Source: Camelus ferus (taxonomy: Eukaryota). Taken from it: a stretch of DNA of 64,000 nucleotides. Numbering within the stretch: position 1 is the first letter of the stretch; each line of letters begins with the position of its first letter. The notes below the pieces were generated by a model, which saw only the letters and a program-made list of their open reading frames with translations, was not told the origin of the DNA and ran no database searches. Where the stretch lies: contig NC_045697.1 in assembly GCF_009834535.1 (NCBI RefSeq), positions 71,488,001-71,552,000 of the forward strand, read 5' to 3'. The position numbers and the translations under genes are program-made. Positions 37,851-50,045 of this stretch are shown piece by piece.

Positions 37851-39365
37851 ACTTCTGTGGATGGCAAGGAAAGGGCAAGACTTTTAAGTCTTGCTTATTT
37901 ACCAAAGGGTGCTGAGAAAAATAGGGGCAAAAGAAGCCATTGCAGTCTAGGTAATCGGCTTAACATAGGGTTATATTTTAGGATTTCTGAAAGAGGGAAG
38001 GTCTTGTGCCCTTCATATGAGTCAGTCATCTTGAACACTGTTTCTCTACAGAGAAATTTTAAACAAATAAAAAGAACAGTAAGCCTAAATTGTAATCCTT
38101 GGAAAATGCAAAATGAGAAGCTATTCTATGTCACTTGTTCTGCTCATTTAAAAAATGTTGGAGCACTATGACCCAAGTACTGTGCTGGGGAAACACACCA
38201 CAGCATTGTAGTTCTGAAAACTGTGTTTGTGCCTATGTATTGGTGTATCTCTGTAGCTGTCTCTACGTCTGTATTTTGTACCTATATCTATACCTATGTC
38301 TATACATCCCCCCAACACATAGATATCCAGAAACATCAGGTGTTGGTGCCTGTCATCATCAGGTTTGATAGAGTCAAGTAAAAGGCAATGGCAGTTCAGC
38401 CCCATAAACCTGATGAAATAATCAGTCTGAAGGCTGTATTATCGTTCTTTTAAGGGCATATAAATAGCTTGACAGGATTTGTAAGTAAGTTGAAAGGCAT
38501 TATATCTGGTTCAGACAGATAATTATTTTTTCTTTCCCTTATAATGTTATCAAAATTCATCCCCACCATTCTAGACTGATAGTTCCTTTAAGGTCAGTTA
38601 AACATACAATCTTTTAAGAAGTGATTTTCTAATAAGTGAAGTTTATCCACTTAATTGATAATAAAAATGAATCCCCTTAGATATAAACCTTTAAAAAATG
38701 GAGTGGACATATTTTGTGGACAACATCAAACATTCTGAATATCTACAATTATGTGATTGAATAATATCGGCCAAGACTACTGAGGTGGGTTGGTGTTTTG
38801 TCCCTGCCTATGGTATCCAAAAATGATGACATTTTGTATACTTTGTCTACCATCAGTCTGTTGTCTCATTTTTTCCCTCTTGTCTTCAGTCTGACTGTAG
38901 CCCTTATGAGTTGGGAAATCAGTACCACCTTTTAAATACCATGCAGAATAGGTTAAGAGTGTGGGAGATGCTTTCCTACGAAGACTACTTGGATTTAGTG
39001 CATAGATTCAACTACATCAATATTAACTGCTCAGAGAAACTCTGCATCTTCTCACTTGATGGGCTTCGCACAGATAGTTGGATGTATTTGGTAAAGGACA
39101 TTTGGATAAATTAAGTTCTATCATAGTCACAATTTTCTTATTTAACTCAGAGCTTTGCTATCTATTTTGCCAAGGAATAAAATAACAATTAATTTTAATA
39201 AGGAATAGAAGTTGCTAAGGGAGATAAATATTCTTAAGATAGTAATAATAATAATGATAATAACAATAGTTATTCTAATATAATGAAGTTGAAATGGTGG
39301 CTTGGTGGCTCGCATGTACTAGGCACTATATTAAGCATTTTCTCTCTAAAAGTTAATTTAACCCT

Positions 39366-39909
39366 TCATTGGGGAATTGCTTGTTTATGTCTTCTGCCCA
39401 TTTTTGGACTGGGTATTTTGTTGTTGTTGTTGTTGTTAAGTTGTATGAGGTCTTTATATATTCTGGAAATTAAACCTTTGTTAGTCACATCATTTGCAGA
39501 TATTTTCTCCCATTTGGTAGGTTGTCATTTTGTTTGCTTATGGTTTTCTTTGCTGTGCTAAAGCTTATAAATTTGATTAGGTCCCACTTGTTTATTTGTG
39601 CTTTCATTTCTATTGCCTGCGTAGATAGCCCTAGGAAAACATTGCTAAGATTTATGTCAGAGAATGTTTGCCTATGTTTTCTTCTAGGAAGTTTATCGTG
39701 TCTCATCTTATATTTAAGTCTTTAAGCCATTTTGAGTTTATTTTTGTGTGTGGAGTGAGGGAGTAGTCTAATTTCATTGATTTACATGCTGCTGTCCAGT
39801 TTTTCCCAACACCACTTGCTGAAGAGACTCTTTTCTCCATTGTATATTCTTGCCTCCTTTGTTGAAGATTAATTGATCATAGGTCTGTGGGTTTATTTCT
39901 GGGCTCTCT
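39366..39909 (-). mobile_element. Internal fragment of a young L1 ORF2 (no 3'UTR or A-tail) inserted in a MIR
   Basis: ORF 39485-39706 has [21 protein letters not shown]. Collinear with 26344-26805. Flanked by atttaaccct (39356-65) / atttaatcct (39910-19). Confidence 0.9.
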
Positions 39910-40049
39910 ATTTAATCCTCCCCAAATACACAGAGTTGATATCATTTGGTGAAAAATGTCTTCATAATGCTCTCATTCTTAAAGAATGAGGCATTTTTAC
40001 TTAATATAAAATTCTGTGAGAAAGTTATTACAAGACAGTTTCACCGAGT

Positions 40050-42720
40050 GTAAATATATATATCACTTTAAAGATGGTTGATATGTCCTATTGTCCATTT
40101 AAAAGAATATATACACCTGGCTTTTTTCATTTGATGTAATGTTGTGAGATTCATGTATCTTATTGCATGCAACAGTAATTTACTTTTAATGATGAGTAAT
40201 ATTTCAAAATAAGAATATGCCACAATTTGTGTATTCATTCTCTTGATCAGTAGGCATTTGAGTTGGTTTTAGTGTCTAGCTCATATGAATAAAATTTCTA
40301 TGAACTTTCTCATGCAGTTCTGTTAATGGATATATGTCTTCCTTTCTCTTGTACCAATATGAAGTGGTACAGTGGATGGGTTCTAGGAAAGGTATATGTT
40401 TAACATTAAGAAGACAAACTGTTAAAATTTTTCCTAAAGAGATTATACCATTTCACTCTCCCATCAGTGTATGAGAGTTTCAGCTGCCATATATCCTCAC
40501 CAATATTTGAAACTGTCAATCTTTTTTTAGCCATTCTATTAAATATATATTAATGTTTCATGATGTCTTTAATTTGCATTTCTCTGATGACTTACAATGT
40601 GTATACATTTTCATGTGCTTATTACTGACTTTTTAATATCTCTTTTGTGAGGTCTGTTCAAACATCTTGCCCACTGGTTAGTTTTGTCAATTGTTTCTTT
40701 TTTATTATTGAATGGTGAGAATTTTTTTCTTAATGGCATCTACTGATTAACAAAAGTTTTTAATTTGGATGAAATTTATCATTTTATTCTCTTATTATTG
40801 CTGCTTTGTGTGTCCTTTTCGAGAATTTGCCTACAGTCAGGTAATGAAGATATTCTCTGATTTCTGTCTTCAAGTAGGTTTATAGTTTAGCTTTTGTTTA
40901 TATTTTTAAGTCTAGGTCCATAATCCATTTCAAACTATTTTTTGTATAGTGTGAGGTAAACATTGAAGTTCACTCTTTTCCCGTATGGATATCCAGTTGT
41001 ACCAGCAACGTTTATTGAAAAGACTTTTCTTTTAATTGCTTTGGTATCTTTAAGAAGTCAATTGACTGTATAAGTAAGGGTCTGTTTCTGGAACTTCTTT
41101 TTTGTTTTATTGATCAAATTTTCTGCTCTTATGCCAATATCATCATGCAGTTTTGATTATTATAAATTTATACTAATCCACAGTCTACCCAGAGTCAATA
41201 TACCACTTCACATAACTCGTAAGACTCTTTCAACAATAAAACTCCATTTACTCTTTCCTTTGTGCCTCTGTTGATATATATTACACCTTTATGTTTTAAG
41301 CCCTACAATTAAATGCCATAATTTTTCTTTTAAAGGGTCATGTGTTCTGTAATAAATAATGAAAAGAAAAAATTGTCTAGTGTCCTATATTTTCTCAGAT
41401 TCCATTTCCTGTTCTCTTTATTCCTTCCTATATACGCAACTTGCTGTCTTGCATCATTTTCTTTCAGCCTGAAGAATTTTCCTTGACTTTTTTCTAAAAT
41501 ACAGAATATATGCTGGCAATGAACTTCTTCAATTTTTATTTTAAAATATCTTTATTTTGCCAGTATTTTTGAAATACATGTTGCTACATATGTAATTTCA
41601 GATCAACAGGTTTTTTTGCTTTAAGCACGTTAAGTTATTCTATTATTATCACTGTTCCCATTTATGTAATGTGTCATTATTTGCTGACTGCTATCATAAT
41701 TATCTTTTTGTCTGTTTTTTAGTAATTTTATTGTGGTATTTTAGTGGTTTTATTTAGTAGTTTTATTGTGACCCATATATGATTAGTTTTATATTTATTC
41801 TTTTTGGAGTTCACTTTGTTTCTTGGATATTTAAGGTCACATTCCTTGACTAGGAGGAATTCAAATCATTATTTCTTTGACTTTTTTTTTTTTAACCCTA
41901 TTTTCTCTCTCTTCTTTTTTTCTGGAACTCCAATTAAACATAAATGAGTGTGCTTGATATTACCTACATGTTATTGAGGATCTGTTATTTTTTATGTTGA
42001 TTTATTATGCCATCTTCAATCTGCCAATAAGTCATCCATTATACTTTTTATTTCAATGTTGTACATTTTAGTTCTTTGATTTTCATTTAGTTCTTTTTTA
42101 TAGTTGCCATTTTCTGCTGATATACCTCATTCATTCTTTTTATTTTGAAAATATTTTTTTGAACATATAGCGGCTGCTAATTCCAACACCTGGGTAATCC
42201 CTTGGTTGTTTTCTAATGACCGTTTTCTATCTTAATTATGTATCTTATTTTCCTATTTTATTCACATTTCTTTGAAAAAAATTAACTTACATTCTAGAAA
42301 TTTAGGATATGCTATACAGACACTGGATTTTGTTATTTTCCACTGAAGAGTGTTTATTTTTGCTCTAGCAGGTAACTATTTTAACTGGATTCAAATTCAA
42401 AACTAAATCTCTTCTGCAGAGGACAACAGAAGGAATTTCTACTGTTCTTTCAATCTTCTAGCTGATACTTTTCACTATCATCCCTGGATTCTCTCTGTCT
42501 CCCTCAAGTACGTTTCAGGTGTCAGCCAAGAACTTTGCAAAAGTGTGTATGAAGAGTTTGGGTCTTCCTGTTCTGTAGCCTATTCATTTCAAACCTTTGT
42601 CTCTCACTTTACATTAACTCCCACAACTTTGAACTTCATCCTCCGACTCTTTGAGATAATAAATGTGGGTTTCTGCTTTTGTATTCTAGCTACTCTGTGC
42701 CACACATACTGATGTGCCCT
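40050..42720 (-). mobile_element. Old L1 (L1MC/L1MD-like): 3'UTR and ORF2 end, then 5' region after a large gap
   Basis: ttaatttgcatttctctgatgact; gatatccagttgtaccagcaacgtttattgaaaagac; ctttcagcctgaagaatttt; tttgctctagcagg. Confidence 0.8.
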
Positions 42721-42730
42721 CATGAGAAAA

Positions 42731-42750
42731 GTGTGTGTGTGCGCGCGCAC

Positions 42751-42787
<37 letters not shown>

Positions 42788-42815
42788 AATATATATATAT
42801 AAATATATATATATA
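42731..42815. repeat. Compound (GT)n(GC)n(GT)n(AT)n microsatellite
   Basis: Seen directly. Confidence 0.95.
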
Positions 42816-44938
42816 TTTTCCAGAGTTTGATTGTTATCTGTGTGAGCATTGTCCAATATAATATCTGTCTTATTTGAGCCAAAAATTCTCACTTTGATTG
42901 TGGCCTCTGAATATGTCTATTTATTTATTCTTTGCCTATTGAGCAATACATTTTTAAAATACTCATTTTTATATTGGCAGAAATTTTATAATGTCCAGAC
43001 TACTCTGAAAATAAAAGTTGCTAAACTACTTTTAGCTTGATAATATGGTAAGGCATTATTCCAATGCATTTACCTCAGAAAATAATAACATTTCTATAAA
43101 GCATTCCTGTAACTTGATTTGAACATTACAATGTTCTGGAGTGTACACCAAGGTAAACTATTTGTGAAACAGACATCAAGATAATTAAATAAGAAAGCTT
43201 GGTCATGGAATTTTCCTGGCTCTGTCATTTACTAACATTTTTGACCTTGGGCAATTTAATTACCCTCTATACCCTTGTTCCTCATTTGAAAAAGAAAATA
43301 ATAATGCCAACCTTGGACTTGTTGTGAAAATAAAATGAGAAAATATTGGAACCTGCATGATCAGCATAGCACAGAGTGGATATTATATAAGTTATACATC
43401 AGTTATAAATTGAGGAACACCTACAAAAATAATTTTACTTTTAAAGTAATTGATTTCTAGTTATTCATTCTAGATGTAGACAATGAGCAATTTCAGTTGG
43501 TGAATATTCAGGCCCATTTTATTTAGTAGTAATAGGACAATGATGTTCCATTAATTTGAAGTATACTTGTCAATTTCTCATATATATTCACACACACCCA
43601 TATATAGGTACACTGTATCATTAAAGAAGAATTTCAAAAGAAGAGAGAACTGAACATACCTTGTTTTGTCCTGTGAGAAATTTTTATTTCTCTAGAGATC
43701 TTTTCTATGAAATCCGACTACTGAGAATATTGTTTATTGGAGTCTGCATGATAATGAATAACAAGGATTACTTATAATCAGTTATGATTTGGGTCAAGTC
43801 AGGCAGATCCATGCCTTAAATGTAAGCAGTGGTTAATATACATCGACATCAATAATTTGCAGTATTTAAAACAGTCTAAAATCAGTTCTAAGAGGAAAAA
43901 GCTTTTTTTGGTTGTTTATTCAAATTATTTTGTCTTATCAGTTGCATAGTGTGAAGAATTGTTACTGGAAAGCAGTTCGAAATTTATAAAACTGCCTTGG
44001 TTTACAGAACCTGGAGCACTGAGCCTATCAGTATCAGAGGTCTCTGGACTCATCATTTTACTTATTCAATTCATGCTCTGAGTTACTGTGCTCCCAGATC
44101 TGCTCTTATTGCCTTATCACTTGGCTACAGCTTCTGTCTCCACATAATATGACTGTAGCTAAGTTTTTGCCTTATTGCTTTTGAGAGAGAAATTTATAAT
44201 AATATACCTTAAAAATTACAGTCTTAAGTAACTGCTACTGGTTTTTGTTTCAAATGGAATTACACTCAAGTTTTTATTTGTTTCTTTTTTAATTCAAAAT
44301 ATTAATTTAAATACCTGTAAAGTAACACAAAGACTCATGTTGAGAAAGAGCAGTTCTGTGCACCCTTCCCCTCGACCAGAGCCTCCACTTTCCTCCTGCA
44401 GTCTGGGATGGTGACCCAGTCAGCTGCTGCACGGCTCTTGTCTTGGAACTTCCCAATCTTGTTTTCCAGAGTTGGACTCATGGTTCCTGGATCCCCTGTC
44501 TTCTCTCTTGCTTATTCCTTTATTTTGCGAAAGCATGTCCTGTAGTAGATCTCCAAGAAAGGGCATTTGTTTGTATTTTTGTTTTAAATGATGTAGAAAC
44601 CTTTTCAAATCAGACCCTAAGAAAGTGAGTCTGGTATTTTTAGTGACATTTGGAGCCCAAATGAGATATTATGTATCTCTGATCTGCTGGAGAAGCAGAG
44701 GAACTCTTCTTGAAAGCTGGATTTAATAAAAAAGAGAGCATGGGAATTAATAGTATAAAACTCAGATTTCGTACAAACATATTTCTTCATATGGCCCAAA
44801 CTTTAGACCCTTAACTCTAGCGCCAAAAATGATCACATTTTAGTAAAGAAATCATCATCATCATGAAAAATGCCCCTGTGGATGTAAAAATATACCTGTA
44901 GTACTGATGGGTATCTTGTCATTGTCCAGCTCCTCCAT

Positions 44939-45507
44939 TGTACAGAATCCCTCCCCTTGTTCCTTTGGATCCCTTCTTTGCACACAGGATCCCAATTTTG
45001 TTCATGTATTGTAAGCCCAGTTCCTTCAGGGCAGACTGGGATCAGGACTAGTTCTTGAGGTTTGGATCTAACATTAGGTCTAACAATCATAGCTGTTCTA
45101 CAGTAGTGCTTTCCTCATTTTTGGTGACCTGTTCAAGAGTAGGAAATTGAATATAAGGCAGTTATGCCCAGCAAAATATAGAGTTTGTTGAGAGCTTACT
45201 GGGAGATATTCTTTTTAAAAATAAAAAGTCTAAAGGAAAATGTATCCTTTCTTCTGCCCTTGAGAAATTATTGTGCAAGGAACTGATACCTCACATTGCT
45301 GCAGCCCTCTTACAGCCACAAAGGAATTAGATATTAAGTTCAAGATGGCAGAACAGAAGTGTCAGATGATACTGTGTCTCATTACACTAATGAATCCTGC
45401 CTTTGCCTTACCTCTGGACTTCTTGTTATGTTTATGTTATGTTTTTATGGCTAAGTATTTTCTTGGGTCTTTTGTTATTTAAAGCCTGCTGCATTCTAAA
45501 TAACACA
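44939..45507 (+). mobile_element. Old MaLR LTR (MLT1K/L-like)
   Basis: gtaagcccagttccttcag; ttgctgcagccctcttacagccac; cttacctctggacttcttgttatg. Confidence 0.7.
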
Positions 45508-48454
45508 GAAACAGCAAAATAATTCTGTGTCTTATGCTTTCTGGAGGGAAAGCTTTTTCAGTGAAAGACCTTTAAAAAAGTAACATATTGAACAGGCTTT
45601 GAAAATTAGCATGAACTATTTACTTATGAACTTTTTGAATTTGTCATACTGAGACTTTCATGGGTCTGAAAAGCATTATTAATAAATTAAAATATTTTAT
45701 TCAGGAAAGAAAGATAATTTTGAATAAAAGAAGACAAAGGGAGATTTTATTACTTACCAAATTTTTCAGAAAGTTTTTCTTTAAAATTTCATGATAGCAA
45801 AAATTTTTAGGAACAATTTTTGAAAATCCCTGCACTTCTATTTGGGTCCTACCAAGACATATTCAACATTGCAACTCGGACTTCAATCTCTCCAAGAACT
45901 TTTCAGTGCATACGGGCTTTTTATGGGCTTTTCATGATCACGTTTAGGACTTTCTATAAGTCTTTCTTGAGATTAAGGGCTGCAGCAGAAAATCGGAGTT
46001 GCATGTTGTATCAGGCAAAACCAGTCACTTCAGTGTCCTGCTCCATGATCTTGCTACACTGCAAGCACACCTGCACATCGTGCTCCTGCACCTGCTGCCG
46101 CCCTGGCACCCCCAATTATACAGGCTGAAGTTGTCCCCAGTGAAAGATAAACCACTCCTGCAATGTGTTTTCCAGAAACACAGATTATAACTGATTTTCC
46201 ATATGCAAAATTACGTAGAGAGTTTCGGGGCATCAGCAGAGAGAAGCTGTGTTGAGAAAATTGCACTGTTAGGCAGCCCGAGGAGATGACTTCATAATTA
46301 TAAAGCAAATTTTATTTATGAATCATTGATAAAGGTTTTTCAATTTTTGGTTACTACTGTGTTCTGAATTAGCCCTTCATAGAATCATGATTTTTCTTTC
46401 TAAATAAAATAAGGAAGAATTTAAAATAGAAGAAACCTCAGGTGTTCAGTGAGCTATTGATTTTACATTCTGAGCATATACTGTGTACCAGGAATGTGCT
46501 AAAGATTTACAAAGCAATCTCTTTGCCATTTGAGAGCAAGTTAGACTACCTTGCTTTACTTCTTTCATAATTAAACAAATTTACAATCCAGGATAACTAA
46601 AATGTTGAAGGCATTTTAGAGTAAGCTCCTAACATTGCAGTTCCTACTCTCGGTCCCTTCAGAATCTAAGGGCTGGGGAAGAAAGTAGCTTTCCACATAC
46701 ACTGACTAACAGTAATAATGAATACTTTGAATTGGGAAAGAGGTAGGCACCTATGGAAATTTATACCTTCCACTTACCTTTAGATATAAGAGCAAATAAC
46801 TTGTAGTTATTCTTAACAAATAACATTGAATTTTCAAAACTTAAAGCCAAGGTTTTATTTTAAAGTAGCTTGTAGGAATAAATTTAAAGAGATACCAAGA
46901 GTTAAAAATTGAAAAGATCAAATCCTTCGCGTGCCACTTTAATCCCAGCTCAAACTAGGCCTGCTGTTCCAGGAACTAAAATTGATTTTATTATACATAT
47001 CGGAGCAGGCTCATGATTATTTCCACACTTTGCTGAAGGAAGACGGTATATGGAGAAGATAAATACTCTTTGCAGGAGCTGATTTTACCATGCCCAGACT
47101 GAATCAGCATTTCCAACAACTTCTGTATTTCTTATTCACATTTTTAAGTGCCCTTTGCTTCCCAAGGCTAGAGCCACCGCACGTGATCCTCCGTGCTTTA
47201 TGGACAGGTACGTTCAGAGCGGCACAGCAAAAGGCTTCTCGTCACCGCAGTGTTACTCATTTATGTGCCGCCTGTGCCAGGAAGAGCTTTACGGCAGCTT
47301 GGCGGTAAAGGTGCCTTGAAGCTGTGTAACTGGGGCCCTGGGTGAAATGGCACGCTTGGGCTGCAGCCGTCAGAGCATCTGGGGTAGGAGTATGCTGAGT
47401 GATGGCAGAACAGCACTGAAAAGGGACCGTGTACCCCTCCACCTCCCCTTTCCTGAGGCTCTGAAAGAGTGACAACAGGGCTGTCACAGTCAAGGCACCG
47501 TTCCTGGGTCTGAAGGAGGAGCGTCGATGCACTGTTGTCAGGAAAACCAAGCTGTCTCTTCACTGTAGGCTCCTTCAGAAAATGAAAGCTTAGCTCTCAC
47601 CTGTCATTCAGGGAGCGAGGTTTCTTCACATTCCAACTGTCGGCAAGGAGCGATGTCAGCGATGTGGGCTCGGCTCTCTGTCTGCCCTGCACGGTTATGA
47701 GACAGCTGCAAAGGGACGTCTGTGCATAGAGGCAGCCCTGCACACAGTTGTGAATTAGAAGCTTATCCTCAAGACAGTTTCCTTGTGTTCCTGATGCTGT
47801 GTGTTCCAGTGTGCCTTCCCCCTTGCAAAGCCCCACTCAGGCTTGTCCCCCACGCAGTCAAAACTGACCTGATCATTCCCATTTCTTGGAACCCCCTTGT
47901 TCTCAACATAAGGCTGGTCAACCTCGTAAGGAAATTATTAATGAATATTTATATTCATGGTTATATAAGCTCTGTAAGGGGGCATAGAACCTCTTTGGCC
48001 CCATCATCTTATTTCACAGATAAGAGGAACTGGTCTGCACGTGACCACGTGGTTACATGGGATGGGAGGGCTGTGGGTTATTTTTATTACAATGAATATG
48101 ATCACGTATATGTAATTAAATAACAACTTGAAGTTGAAAGCTGGCAGGTAGTAAGATAGAGTTGTCATCAGGGCAGTTTGATGGAAGGGCTACCCAGCGA
48201 CCTCCTTATACCTGATATATTTTCTTTAATTAATTTATGGCAATACAGAATGTTCTTCTCAGCTTCCAGAGTCTCATTGCTGCAGGTGTCGTTTAACTAA
48301 ATTCAGGGTTTCTGGCTTACACCAGCCAGAAATTACAGAAGACGCAAGTAGAAAGCTAAATATCCATATATTAATTTATAAAGAGAAACATAACTATCAA
48401 ATAGACTGGAAAGAATCATTAATGTTTGAAAGACTGTAAGATAAGTGAGATGAA

Positions 48455-48700
48455 TAATAATAATCAATTAATTAAAGTAATTAATAAAACATTATGTGCC
48501 AGGCACTGATTGATGTGCTTTACAACAGTTGTCATCTGATCTTCTCAACAACCTTGTGAAGTAGTTGCTATCATTCTCCCCATTTTAGAAATAAGGAAGC
48601 TGAAGCACAGAGAAGTCAAGAGACTTGACCATGACCATATAGCTAATAAATGGGATAGTTGGGTTGTGAACCCAGGTAGTTTGGTGTTACCCACTCTTTC
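48455..48700 (-). mobile_element. MIR SINE
   Basis: tatgtgccaggcactg; ccccattttagaaataaggaagctgaagcacagagaagtcaagagacttg; tgaacccagg. Confidence 0.9.
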
Positions 48701-48801
48701 AGCAGTGCCTCAGTAGATGGTTTGGTAAGCACAAAAGCAGAATACATGTTTAGATACCTGACTGACCTTTTTAGTGATTGGTATAAGGAACCAACCAATC
48801 A

Positions 48802-49021
48802 CTGTTGGTTCTCTACCAGGAGAGACTTTGCCCCTGGGAGACATTGGACAACATCTGGAGGCATTTTAGTGCTGTCACAATTGGAAGAGGGGGTTGCTAC
48901 TGGCATTTATTAGAGAGAGGCCTGGAATGCTGTTGAACATCCTATGGTGCACAGGCTATCTCCCAACATCACAGAATTACCCGGTCTAAAATGTCAGTAG
49001 TCCTGGGGCTGAGAAACCCTG
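48802..49021 (+). mobile_element. MER20 hAT MITE
   Basis: tggttctc..tttgcccc..gctactggcatt..aaaatgtcagtagtcctggggctgagaaaccctg. Candidate 8-bp TSD gtataagg (48781-88 / 49022-29). Confidence 0.9.
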
Positions 49022-49539
49022 GTATAAGGCACTGAGAGCTGCACCCACCTCCACAGTGGACATGCATGTTTCATACGTGATTCTTGAGGAGTTCTCGGGT
49101 CAGGGTGCCCTGTTATTTGCACAGTACTTGGATGTGAGTTCCAAATTTGCCCTTCTGATTTGTGTTTTTCTATATTTCAAAATGCTTAATTTCCAATATA
49201 GTCAATCATTTATCTCATTAGATAGGATAAAACAAGGTGCGTCCCCTCCATTCCCGCTCATAGTTATTTGCAACTCTAATACTAAAACTATTAAAATTAG
49301 CTACAAATCCTGAACTCATCTACATGTATTGTGTGATTTAAGCCAGAGTTCTATTTTGTCATAAGCAAAAATCGTATTTTTTCATCGGTATTGAAAACAA
49401 AACCAAGTATGGTAAGGAGCATCTTAATGACATTCAACCTAGGATATTTCATTCATATGATCTATACCATGCTGCTGTTTCCCCCTCCAGACAGCAAGCC
49501 GACCAAAAAAAATCTCTAACTATCAAGTTAGAACAAAAT

Positions 49540-50010
49540 TTTTCCCTTGGAGCTATACTTTCAGCTGGATGGTGGATTAGTTTAACTGTAAGTCCTTCCC
49601 ACTATAGAACACTACAGACTGAATGAAAAATACTTCCTGCATTGTTCAGGTTACAAGAAGAAAAGGCAGTCTCTAGGCTCACCCCCAAAACATTCCTGTG
49701 AGCTGAAACCAGAGCTGTGACCTCAGACAGGAGAGGCAGGGTTGACCTGAGCACAAACTTGGGTATCAGGCTAAGCACCTATTCAACAGCAAAGTGAGGG
49801 ACTCACCTGAGACTCCCACTGAGTAGGGATCTTAGAGGAAAGGGAGTGGTCCCAGGCTAGCAGTGTCCTCTGGCTATCAGTGAGAACAAAGTCAAATCGT
49901 CCTAGATGAAAGCATCTCCATTTCAACTCTAGGTAATTCCACAGATGGAGAACAAATAACTGTGAACTCAAAACAAAAAGGGAATAAAACACAAGAAAGT
50001 TAGACACCAA
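49540..50010 (+). mobile_element. Ancient L1 5'-region fragment
   Basis: gagctgaaaccagagctg; aaatcgtcctagatgaaagcatctccatttcaactctaggtaattccacagat. Confidence 0.45.
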
Positions 50011-50045
50011 TTATTTTTCTATTTTGTTTTTTCTCTAATGGTTAT

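Noticed and set aside
38230..38310. Periodic hexamer tract giving a YLYLYL ORF
   Set aside because: A degenerate (TATCTA)n-type simple repeat.
38330..38432. Box C/D snoRNA
   Set aside because: TGATGA and CTGA words are only about 10-12 nt apart on either strand, too short for a snoRNA.
45820..46128. Cys-rich ORF (CKHTCTSCSCTCCRP) as a metallothionein-like peptide
   Set aside because: TTG start and no homology elsewhere in the ORF; the cysteines come from repeated ctgc words.
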